DNA of 64,000 bases from Emiliania huxleyi CCMP1516 (Eukaryota), in the NCBI RefSeq assembly GCF_000372725.1, contig NW_005202428.1, forward strand, positions 1,845,331-1,909,330, in the 5' to 3' direction. The notes beneath the pieces were generated by a model. It ran no database searches and was not told the DNA's origin. It saw nothing but the letters and a program-made list of their open reading frames with translations. The translations under genes and the position numbers were made by a program. Positions within the stretch are counted from its first letter, which is position 1. Each line of letters starts with the position of its first letter. Positions 43,772-54,959 of this stretch are shown here, in pieces.

Positions 43772-45249
43772 TCACGCATCGGAGCTTCCGAGTTCCACTG
43801 TCGTGTGCGGTGCGCCCGCCGAATTGGGCTGACTAGGGCCAGGCGTCGATATCGACTCGTCAGTGAGAAGTTTTGACGGCGCATCCGCATCCTGAAGCTG
43901 CTGCCGTCTAGTCCGACGACCGGACCGCTTGCGCTTGGCGGCCGGCGGTGGCGCTCTGCATAGTAATAGAGCGCACAGGGCGGTAGCGAGGGCGATCGCC
44001 ACTGCGAAGAACGCCGCCTGAATCCCTGTTTTCTCTGCAGCAGCCCGCGCCGTTGCCGATTCATGCGGTGGGGGTAGCGTGGGCTCGGCATTGCCCGTGG
44101 GCAAGCGATGTAACCAAGCCACGAGACTCTCGAACGAGTTGTCCTTAGCTACTCGCAGATGGAGCGCTTGGTAGGCGTCGCGGAGCGGGTGCGCCGGGTC
44201 ATTCACAGCCCAAAACAAGCCGCCGCGGAAGCCTTGGCCAACTGCGCAGCCGAGGAGGCCATCTGCGGAGCGGTTAGCGAGCGAGTCTGGCATCTCAGCC
44301 ACCTAAGGAGGTGGAGGGTGGTAAGAGAGCGGCGGTCTCGCAACGTGGGCCAGTGGGTTCGGTGCGGCGCTCACCACGATTGGCTTCTCGGCGCCCCAGT
44401 AGGCAGCTGGCGCCCGGCAGGGGTCGTAGCCCCACACAGGATCCACCATCCATTCCCACAAGTGAACATTGACCAGGTCGAGACGCGCGAGTGCCGGAGG
44501 GTCCTTACCGCCGGCCGCCGCATCAAACAGAGCTCTGTCCGACCACCAGTTGCCCTCTGCCGAGCTGTTGTCTGAGCCACTCCACTTTAGCGAAGCAGAG
44601 CCGACAGTGACTGGCAGCGGGGAGGCAGCGTGCACGCCCGCCGCCAGCAGCCCGACAAAGCGCTGCATGGCCGCAAGCGGGATGCACCACTCGGTCGTGC
44701 AGGAGTCGACAACACACCACTCGGGCTCGTTGATCAGCTCCAACACGACGTGGTCACTGCCACCTGGCGCGCCAGCCAGCGCGGCAAGCATTGGCTCGAG
44801 AGCGCGGGCAATGTAGCCCTCGACCAGGGTCGAGTTGCTGATCAGATCTGCGCCGAAGGAGCGCTTGCACAAGTCGAATGACCAGAGTACGAGCTGCAGA
44901 ACCAGCCGGTGGGACCGCGCCAGCACGACCAGCTCCAACCTGCACGGGTCGCCGTGGGCAATGTGTGGTGGCTTGCTGGGTTCTTCGGGCGGCGGGAGGG
45001 GGGGTGGAGGGGCGCGCACAGCTCAGGGAGGAAAGCTCCCGGCAAGCCAGTCACTTGGTGCGTTGCGTTATCGTAGGACGGAGTCGCCCGAGCGTCGGCG
45101 TGGAGGAAGACACGGACGGCATTGGCCGATGCGTTTGACGCAAGGCTGAACACATTGTCGAACCAGCCAGCATCCCATTCCCCACCACCAATGTCGTAGC
45201 CGAAGCGGTTCCATGGCACGTTGAGTCCCAGGAAGACGGGTCCGCTCAT
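43772..45249 (-). CDS. Glycoside hydrolase family 5 (beta-mannanase-like) with C-terminal transmembrane helix
   Basis: GLNVPWNRFGYDIG, VLWSFD, acid/base INEPE, VTVGSASLKW, nucleophile KPIV|VAE and GGLFW; TM segment AAFFAVAIALATALCALLL. Confidence 0.8.
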
Positions 45250-45568
45250 CGATCGCGACAAGTGCCCCCACCCCCGCTGCGTCGCGACGAGCGCGCAACC
45301 CTCGCTCGCTCGGCCCCGCCCGAAGAGTGAATTCTCGCGCCACCTAGGTACGCCTACGTAGGACTCCCCGCACGCCTAAATCCCTCGTGGTGGCTGCTTG
45401 GGTGACTTGTTCTCCCATCCTTCCCTGGCTTTACGTGTTTTCTTTTTTACGGAGGCGCCAGGTGGCTTCGCGCCGATGCCCGCTGCGCTCAAGCAAGCTG
45501 CGACCGAGCAGCTCTCGAGTATCACATGTGCGTGGGGTCATCAAAACGTGCATGTCAAAACCTACACC

Positions 45569-47230
45569 TCAGTTAGCAGCCGCGCCAAGCTCGCTTCGCT
45601 CTCCTGGCTCCTCGCTCACGCGCCCACTGCGGCCGTGGCCGGGCTCAGCGGGCACCTCAAGGTCCGCAATGGGCGCGACGGTCGGCGTGAGGCAGGCGGG
45701 GTTGACGCCCGCCTTGTGCGCTGCGAGGAGCCCAATGGCCTCCATGTACGAGCGCACGCGCACCACGCCGCCGCCCAGCCGCTCGGGGGACACAGCCATG
45801 GCGCACGTGTTCTCCTCGACGCCGACGACGAGCGTGTCCGAGGCGGCGAGCGCGAGGACGGCGGCGCCGCCGCACGCGTCCGCGGGCACGACGAGGGCGT
45901 CGAGGGAGTCGCGCCTGAGTACACCAGAGTGAGTACACCAGAGTCGGGGAGGGAGTGCGGCGTCGTGCGATGTATTCGCAGCTTCGCGTGAAGGAGGGGG
46001 GGGGCGACGAGTACAGTGGGCCGACTACGTGTCTGCTCGGGGAGATGTGTTTTGCATCGGGGGCGTCGCGCCACAAGTCGCCCGGGAGAGGCCTCTCGGA
46101 GCCGTCGAGCAAGCTCGGTGCGCGCGCGAGGTTGGCGAGGACACACGGCAAGAAGGTGTGGCCGAGCTCCTCGGCGCACGCCCGCGGCGCGAGGCCAGGC
46201 TCGAGACCGAGCGCCGGAAGCGCAGGCGCGTGCGCGCACGGCAGCCTCAGCTCCTTGGTGATAAGGTGGGAGATGATCGCCTCGGCGCCTCCGATCGCGT
46301 CGACGCCATCGCCTGCGCGGTAGGCGGCAAGCATCTCCTGCGGCGGGCAGGGCAGGGCAGGAGATGCGAGGCAGGGCAGGAGATGCGGGGCAGGGCAGGA
46401 GATGCGGGGCAGGGGCGGCGCGCAAGTGAGCTGCGAGAGAGGGGCGCGTCCCGCGCGCAGCGACGAGGGGAGGGAGGGAGGGAGGAAGGTAGGGAGGGAG
46501 GGAGGGAGAGGGAGAGGGAGAGAGGGAGGGAGGGAGGGAGGGAGAGAAAGAGAGGAGGCCGGACCTCGTCCTCGTCGTCCGGGAAGCGCGCGACGACGGC
46601 GATCGCGGTGCACCCCGCCGCCTGCAGCCGCCGCGCCGCCGCGAGCAGCGCGTCCGGCCGCCTATTGTACGGCGATGCGTCCCGTGAGCAGGCACTGCCA
46701 CCGCCAGACGAGGCCGTCCTCTAGTCTGGCCGCCGCAGCGCCCCCCACGAAGCTCCAGACGGTGACATCTGCAGCTCCACCCCGAGCGGTGCGTCTGTCG
46801 TGGCGTGCGCCGCCACGCAGAGGCCGAGTGTCGCCCGGGCCGCGTCCGCCGCCTGCAGGTGGCGCAGGCGCAGCTCTGGCTCGATGGCCGCGTCGAGCAA
46901 CAGCCCCACCTTTTGTGCGCTCGCTGGCCGGAGGCCCCAGCGGCCGGCGGCAAACTCGTCGAGTGCAAAGCCCTCGACGTACTGGAACGCGTCGTGCGAC
47001 CAGTACATCTGCGCGCCATTGAGCACGTTCGGGTGCGTCACCACCGTGTCGGCGACAGCTGTGAGGGCGCGCGCCACCGGCATCGCATCGCCAGCATAGC
47101 CACCGATCGCGGCGCCCACGCCGGTCGGCACAATGAGTCCGGCGGTGTACGGCCGCCGAGAGCCACGAGCCGCCGCACACTCGTATGTGCGCGTGGGTGC
47201 GTGGAGGGCGATTACGCACTGCAGCACCAT
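45569..47230 (-). CDS. DUF3326 family protein (cyanobacterial/plastid type)
   Basis: IVPTGVGAAIGGYAGDA, THPNVLNGA, YVEGFALDEF, GAEAIISHL, PCAHAP and EELGHTFLPCVL. Confidence 0.85.
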
Positions 47231-47521
47231 GTGTACACACCCGTGTGGGGGCGATCACACACACTTCTGCCGCCCGGCCGCCCGGGCTGCGACAGGGCTG
47301 CGAAGACACTGGACGACAAAAAGCGCGGATCGGAACCCACACCCAAAAGAATTTGACATGCCGATGACAGTCAGACATGTCAAGGGCGAGGACACGCACA
47401 GGCCGCACCTCTAGTGAGGCCCGCATAGTATGTGGGAGACTCGTGCCGCCGCCCCTGCCACCACTGTGTCAGTGTGCCTGTAGGTAGGTAGGTAGGTAGA
47501 AAGCCTGTGGTAGGAGAGACT

Positions 47522-48665
47522 GAGGGCCCAACTTCAGAAGCGAGCTTTTTTGGGTTAGGGACGAGCGCGAAGGACCGATTGCGGTGAAGGACCGCAGGTT
47601 AGGGACCGATCGCCGCCGCTCACGCCAGCGGACGGTCGTCGTCAGTGATGTTAGCTACGCCACCGTCTACCTCGTGCGCGATGCGCTCGCCGGCATCGAG
47701 CGAGCAACGTGTTCGACCGAGCGGCTTGCTGTGCGGACGCCTTCTTGTGGCTCTCGTCGAGAGCGTTTTGCGGCCCGGCGGGTGGGAGAGCATGTGTCGT
47801 CTGATGTGTCACTGTGTACGTCATATCAGTCTGGATAACAAGTACGTTCGATCCGTCAAAGCGATACACTCGTCACGATCACGTTGGACGGCTTGCACAG
47901 AGCTCTGTGCCGGCACGCATCAGGAAGACCGCCGTACGGCAAGAAGAGCTCGATGGGGAGCGAGAACCGTCAGAGGTGCTCACGGAGGTTTCGGAACTCC
48001 GCCATGATGCGGTCAGTTCCCCCAGGTTTGACTGCGTAGGTCGCGGAACTCGTTGAGTACTCGCAGCCTTTCTGCGCCTCCGTCTGGGCATATCGGCTGC
48101 TCGGCAAGAGCAGTCTTTCCGGAAGATATCGACGATTTTCGAGAGCCACCCGCTTGGGAGCGATTGAGCGCGTCACGGAGGACTTCAGGTTACCCTTGAA
48201 GCTCCTCTGACGGTTCTCGCTCCCCATCGAGCTCTTCTTGCCGTACGGCTCTTCCTGTTGCCGGCACAGAGCTCCGTGCCAGCCGTCCAACGTGATAGGA
48301 ACGAGTGTATCGCTTCGACGGATCGATCGACCGTGCTTGTTATCAAGACCGATGTGACGTACACAGTGACACATCAGACGACACATATTCTCCCACCCGC
48401 CGGGTCGCAAAACGCTCTCGACGAGAGCCACAAGAAGGCGTCCGCACAGCAAGCCGCTCGTCGGACAGGCGTGCTCGCTTGATGTCGGCGAGCGCATTGC
48501 GCACGCTTTGAACGGTGGCGAAGCCAAAAACACCGATGGTGGCCGTTCGCCGGCGTATGCGGCGGCGATCGGTCCCTAACCTGTCGCCCGCGGTCCCTAA
48601 CCCAAAAGTGGTCCTTCGCGCTTTGGTCCCTAACCAAAAAAGCACGATTCTGAAGTTGGGCCCTC
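47522..48665. mobile_element. Fold-back/MITE-like element with ~455-bp terminal inverted repeats and 5-bp TSD (AGACT)
   Basis: GAGGGCCCAACTTCAGAA...TTCTGAAGTTGGGCCCTC. Arms ~47522-47975 and ~48205-48665; AGACT at 47517-47521 and 48666-48670. Confidence 0.9.
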
Positions 48666-48739
48666 AGACTGCCAGCGACAAGCTGGAGGCAGGTCGCTAG
48701 ACTGAGATGAGACCGCCAGTGGATGTGGGAGTCCACCGC

Positions 48740-48893
48740 GCACCGCGCTGCGAGCCTGTCGTGTCCCTTGTCAGGAGCAGGAGAGCCCCACCTGTCCCCC
48801 TGATCGTTCTTCCAAAATCCTGCTCGTGCAGGTGGGGACCCTGTCCTCGTCCCATCCCTCGTTTGGCGTGTCTGTTTTCTTTCTTTCTTTCTT
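48740..48893 (-). repeat. Dispersed ~150-bp repeat, copy 2
   Basis: Reverse complement of 10461-10610. Confidence 0.9.
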
Positions 48894-49469
48894 ATGTCGG
48901 AATTGTCGGAGAATAGCGACTAGCACACCTCTGTCGAGTCCCAGAAACCCGAGGAGTCACACAGTCCACCTGTGTGATGCACGCCCTGCGAGCGGGGCGG
49001 GGTGCGCACTGTCATCCCTCTGTGTTCGTGTGCGTCGCCCATCTCTCCCTGGAGATGACTGCTCTATTTATTTAAAAAAACTGGGAAAGAACTTTTTTTC
49101 GGAAAGAACCGTGTTTAATTTTTGGCCCTTTCCAAGGCACCCCCCAGGGCTAGGGCTCCTGCAACGGACCATCGGTGCTTGCAGAGCGAGGGCCGAGGCA
49201 TCTTGGTTCAAGAGGCGCTCCGGACACACCTGAACAAACAGATGTGCCTGCAACCATCTGGCCCGCTGGGTGCGCTAGGACTTAGCTCCCCGGCCCTAAA
49301 TGTGCGGCTACTGACTGTGCACTCCAAGTGCTCCAAGTGCCCCCCGATTGGTGTCCAGTCCGAGCCTGGCTGTTCTTTTCGCCTTCCTACTTACTTACTT
49401 CCGTACCTCGCTAGTTAGTTGCCACGCAAATGGCATTGCGCGCCCGCCCTGGCGTGGGAGGAGCGCTCT

Positions 49470-50838
49470 TCAGCGGACCACCACGCCATCCGTGGTCACC
49501 GTCTCTGTGTTGGCCCCCGAGGTCAGTACGCTGCGGTCCTTGTCCACGTCAGTGGGCCAGATCCACTGCGTCAAGATGAACTTCTCGTCCACTGCCGGGA
49601 TCGACGCGTGCGTCATCTCGTCGCAAAGGAAGGTCTGGCGGGCGTCGCGCCGCGGAAAGCCTCTCCAAACCGGCTGGCCATCGGCCGGGGGGCGGATCGT
49701 AGGGAAGAAGACCACGGCCATGCCCGAACGCGGCTGAAAGCGCACGTACTCGCCTACGCGCGGGGAGGCGTCCATTGGCGCGGCAGCCTCCGGCCACGAT
49801 CGGAGGGCCGTGTCCACCTGTTGGATTCTTGAGGGATGATCCCCATCGGCTCCTGTTCGTGTTCATGGGCCTGTGCTTGTAGAAGGCGGTGCCCCCGCCA
49901 TCGCCAACGTTGTTGAGGTAGACAAACACCTGCTCGAGCACGTCCGATTCGCGCCACAGATACAAGAAACGGGTCGGGGAGATGGGAAATTGCTATGGGC
50001 GCCGTCAGCTCGCGATTGGGAGCTGATGGTTGCTTGCCGCTAAACGTGACGACGTGCTCGGCCTTTGCCCCGTACATCGCCTAGGACTCTTGCGTGTTGG
50101 ATCGGTGCACGACGTCGCCGGGGGGGCAGGCAAGGCTGTGCCTGGTAGTCGTTGTGTGGAGCAAAGTAGTCTCCTTTTCGATACCGGATGATCTTGATCG
50201 ATTCCATGTTTTCAACGCGATGGTGAGTGAGTCGTGCCATCTTCTCCTACCATTCAAAGGCGCCGCTCCGCGCTACAAGTCACTGAGTGAACCACGACCC
50301 TGGCGCTGCGCCTGGAGCGGCCGCGTCTCCACCTAATGCACGGTTGGCTTGAGGTCTTGCAGAAGAGGCAGGGCTGCACGAGAGGGGCGGAGGTCCAACC
50401 TTGCTGACTCGCACGTGCTGCGATTGGCGCCCAAACGTTGGCCTCGCAAAGCCGGACCGCGAGGCGCGCAGCTCGCGCTTCGCCTGAAGAAGAGATGAAG
50501 GGTGCTGGGAGGCGTGCCAGTGCGTGCCGCCTGCGGGGTTGCAGCATGCCTTGGCCATCAGTTTGGAGCACTCGTCGGGCGAAAGGAAATCGCGGACCAC
50601 AAAGAGAGGCCTACACGTGCACGCGTTGGGCCTGTGCTTTCGGGGCGCCTGGCAATAGTACGCCGTGTGTAGCGCACCCGCCCGATTTTGACAGGTGGAC
50701 CAGCTGCAATCCCGGGTAATCGAGGTTGATCATAGCCGACACGTGGCGTGAGAAGGGTGTGGCATTCACAAGCGGCAGGCTTGGATACTCATGTACTGGC
50801 CCTCGACCTCGGGTAGCCCAGCTCTCCATCGGGATCAT
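49470..50838 (-). CDS. Prolyl 4-hydroxylase-like 2OG-Fe(II) dioxygenase (multi-exon; start uncertain)
   Basis: INLDYPGL, FVVRDFLSPDEC, IIRYRKGDYFAPHND (HxD), VFVYLN..DGGGTAF, QPRSGMAVVFFP and THASIP..EKFILTQWIW. Confidence 0.78.
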
Positions 50839-52359
50839 ATCGGGTCTTTCACACGGCTGGTGGGAGAGGGATCGCGACCTGCAGCACCGGCACGAACGAG
50901 TGCTGCGAGGGCAAACTACTTCTTCGTGCGTCCTGGTAAAATAACGCTTTGCGCTCCAAGTGCTCCTCAGCGGAGCTGGGAATAGGACCGCCGCAAGCGG
51001 CGTGGCGTGGAGCGGTTGAGCATCCCTCCGGGGGCCCCTCTGCGCCGGGGAGGCGTTGTTGGAGGCTAGGACGCAAGCGCCCGTCGCCCTTTTCAATCAA
51101 ACTCGGGGCCCACTCACTCCGTCCGCTGTATGTATGTATATACGCTCCGACCCGAATTTGGAGGGCCTAAAAGTTTAAGGTGTTGCTGCGCAAAAGGGGT
51201 CGGACACAGGGCGCAGCTCATGCTAAGAGCCAAATAGGGGAGCTAGACAGAACGACTACCCTGTCCCGTTATTGCGTACACCAACACCACAAAAGCTCTC
51301 TCTCTCCTGTCCTCACTCAGGGGGTCACAACTACCGAGTCCCTCGACTAGCTCGTAGCTGCCACGTTGCCCCGACCGAGAGCGGATCTCCTCCTGCATCG
51401 CAAGGAGGGTGGCCAAGGCTAAAGTCTTGCCGGAGCCGCCGGGTTGACGCTTGGAGAAGGTCGCCCTTGCACTTGTACTTGTAGAGATGCTCGAGGGGGT
51501 GCTTTGTGGGGCGGTGCGCAGCCAGGCCAGCAGTGAGGGGAGGCGCACCCTCACTCTCCTCGGTCGCAGAGCTCGTCGGAGGCTGCGGCACGACGGGAGG
51601 GTCGCGACAGCAGTCCTCGGGCGAGCCGACGCGCATGTCCAACCAGCGCTGGGACTCGTTGTGACGGCAGACGCCGGCTGCCTCTCCAACCGCTTCTGCA
51701 GCGTCCTTCTTTGCCCGGTGCATGGGCTCGATCCGATTCCGCAGCGTGTCGGTCCCCAGCGGCGGTGCTGCGCGGGAGGCGGCCGCGAGCACGCTGGGCT
51801 CGATCAGCGGCTTTCCCTCAGTTGCGCCGAAAGCGCGGATTTGGCGGACGTTCTTGGTTTCAATTTTACGGATGTCTGTTCACCAGCTGAAGCGTGAAGG
51901 CTTGCACCCGTCCACGGCCGACATCGTCGGATTTGCGCACGGTATTCGGATTTTCTATTTGCTCGTGTGGGGGTTTATCCGAGATTTGTCAATGGCACAT
52001 GCACATGCACATGCACATGTCCATGTATGTTGTACATGTACCGCGTCTGCGTGCAACGCGGGCGCCTTGCGGGCAGAGCCCACCCTTTTGCCTTTTTTTT
52101 GCGCGGTCAAAATTGGAAACCCCACGACACGGTGACATAGTGACAGGAGCAGCACCAGCCGCAGAGGCGCCTAACAGCCCCGGTCGCGCAAAACCGGAGG
52201 ACCCCCTCCGCAGAGAGAGAAGGAGCGAAAAAGCCAGGCAGCGCGCCCGAAAAAGAAAACGCGGGAGGCGGCGCCCAGCGGCAGCGCCGAGGGGGCGCGA
52301 AGCGTGGACGAGGGCAGAGGTTGCCGCCCTCCCGATCCGCGCAAAAAAGAGAAGGGTGT

Positions 52360-52529
52360 GGGAGGCGGTCGGCTCGGACCTACTCGACGGATACTTCCTG
52401 CGCATAGGCGCATAGCAACGGAGGACATTCAAAAAGACTACTGGCGCCTGCTGACAGACACAGAAGCGTATCCGCGGGAATGGAATGACTGGATTGCGAT
52501 GCTAGCGATGAAGCCGGGGGAGGACCCGA
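52360..52529 (+). mobile_element. Short fragment resembling the N-terminal RT region of a non-LTR (LINE) retrotransposon
   Basis: After removing an 8-nt duplication (GCGCATAG) it reads AVGSDLLDGYFLRIATEDIQKDYWRLL...YPREWNDWIAMLAMKPGEDP, like the LINE pattern KA.G.D...P..W.....I.KPGKDP. Confidence 0.45.
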
Positions 52530-52799
52530 ATCAAGCTGCTGTACGACGGCCCCGGCATCGCCTTCCCAGGCTTAGCTAGACTGACTGAGAGATATTGTGC
52601 ACATGGTTGGTCTCTACAATATATACACTGACACTGAACCTCCCAGAGCTCGTCCCGGTCCGTCACGGCCATCCTCGGCCTCCGGAGGGCCCCCGGCCGC
52701 GGCGCGGTGCGGCGGCGTCACAAATCCGACCACAGTGCACAGAGCAACCGGGACGCGGTCGGGCGATCCGAGGGCGAGGCCCAACAGGCGTATGCATTG
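52530..52799 (+). repeat. Dispersed ~250-bp repeat, copy 2
   Basis: Direct copy of 20278-20527 with small insertions. Confidence 0.9.
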
Positions 52800-52977
52800 T
52801 CTATCCACCTATCAACAGGCGCCTGCGGCACCGTGCTCAGGAGCTGCTGCTCCAACCTGTCCACACTTTCGTACAGCTAAGTACTCGAGTTTGAGAGCGT
52901 GCAAGAAGAAAGAAAAACGCCGGGCCCCTGCTCTCCCTGCCCTGGGGCGCGAACTCCAAAGGCACCCGCCGTTGCCG

Positions 52978-54817
52978 ATGGAGGCGTTCGCATTCGACGG
53001 CGGCAGGTCGCGAGCGGCGCGCACGGCGGCGGTGCCGCCCGCCGCCTCGCTGCCGTCGCCTCGCCGCGAGGCCGCCCCCGCCGCCGCCGCCGTCGCCACC
53101 GCCCCCGCCGCCGCAGCCGCCGCTGCGACTGCAGCCGCGCCCGCGGCCGATGGCGCCTCGAAGATCCGCCAAATGGGCGGGAACGCCGCGCTGCGGATCT
53201 GCTCCGACCAGGTGGTCGTCGACCTGCGCTCGGCGCTCAAGGAGCTCGTTGAGAACGCCCTCGATGCGGGGGCGACAAAGCTGGAGGTGCGCCTCAAGGA
53301 GCACGGCGCCGAGATGCTGGAGGTGACCGACAACGGGCGCGGCATCTCGTGCGAGAACCTGGACGGGGTGGCCCGCCGCCACCACACCTCCAAGCTGCGC
53401 GAGTTTGACGACCTCGGCCGCCTGCGATCCTTTGGCTTTCGCGGCGAGGCCCTCTCGTCGCTCGCGGCGCTCTCGAGCCTCTCCGTCGCCACGCGGACCG
53501 AAGACGACGCGGTCGGCACCTCGCTCTCGTTTGGTCGGGACGGCGAGATCAGCGCGAGGTCGAAGGTGGCGCGCGACGTCGGCACGACGGTCTGCGTCGC
53601 CCGCCTCTTTGAGCCCTTTGCTGTCCGGCGGCGCGAGGCGAGCGGGGACCTGCCACGCGCACAGAGAGACCTACACGCACGGACACGCACGCGCAGACGC
53701 GCGCAGACAACGACGTACTCGCCCCTCCCCACACCACACACACTTCTCGTGGGACGGCTGCTTGTTCACACCCCTCCTGTTTTGCATTCACAGCTCGTGC
53801 GGACGGCGCAGCTCGAGATGCGGAAGATGCTCGCGGCACTGCAGGCCTCCCTCCCTCCCTCCCTCCCTCCCTCCCTCCCTCCCTCCCTCCCTCCCTCCCT
53901 CCCTCCCTCCCTCCCTCTACCACTCACTCACTCACTCACTCGGAGGATGCTCGCGGCCCTGCAGGCGTACGCGCTCGTCTGCACGGCTGTCCGCTTCTCG
54001 TGCGTCAGCCTCTCGGCGAAGACGGGCCGCCAGTCGCTGCTGCAGACCGAGGGCGGAGCCGCGGGGATGCGAGNNNNNNNNNNNNNNNNNNNNNNNNNNN
54101 NNNNNNNNNNNNNNNNNNNNNNNNNNNNNNNNNNNNNNNNNNNNNNNNNNNNNNNNNNNNNNNNNNNNNNNNNGTGAGCGAGCTCATCCCGCTGAGCGGC
54201 TCGACGGATCGCGTGACCATCCACGGCTTCGTCTCGCGCCCCCGCGCCGGCCACGGGCGCCGCGCCTCCGACCGGCAGTACACCTTTGTTAACAGCCGCC
54301 CCGTCGACTTTCCTCGCCTCGCGCGCGTCGTCAACGACGCGTTTCGCGCCTCGACGGCCAAGTCGGAGTGCTTCCCCTTCCTGCTGCTCAACCTCGAGGC
54401 CGTCGCCCGACGCCGCATCGGCCGTGCAACCAGTCCCTTCTCCTTGATGTCTCCCCTCGCCAACAGGCGCCGCCGGACGCGTACGACGTCAACGTGACGC
54501 CCGACAAGAGGACGGTCTTCTTCGTCGACGAGGTGGACACCCCTCGGCCGCCTCCCGCCCTCCCCCCGACCCAAGTCCCCCTCCGTTCCGATGCACCTCT
54601 CCTGCCTTCTCGCGCACCTCCCTGTCGCCTCCCCACTCTCGCCCGGCGCCTGCCTGCACCCGGCCGCCCTCCCCGCGCCCTCACCCTGGGACCCAGGCGG
54701 CGCTGCTTGGCTGCATCGGAGAGATGGTGGCGAAGCTATTCGCCGCCGAGTCCTGCACTTTCGCCGTCCATACGCCCGACACGCTGCCCCTCGCACCGCG
54801 CCCAGCCGCCGCCGCAG

Positions 54818-54855
<38 letters not shown>

Positions 54856-54926
54856 CGGGTTGGCGGGGATGGTGGCGACGGCGGCGATGGTGGCGGCGGC
54901 GGCGGCGGCGATGGTGGCGACGGCGA

Positions 54927-54959
<33 letters not shown>

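Noticed and set aside
47552..48636. TTAGGG motifs as a telomere or interstitial telomere array
   Set aside because: Isolated single units inside transposon arms, not tandem arrays.
51331..51950. Coding-like minus-strand stretch
   Set aside because: Interrupted by a stop and no family recognised; cannot be supported as a gene.
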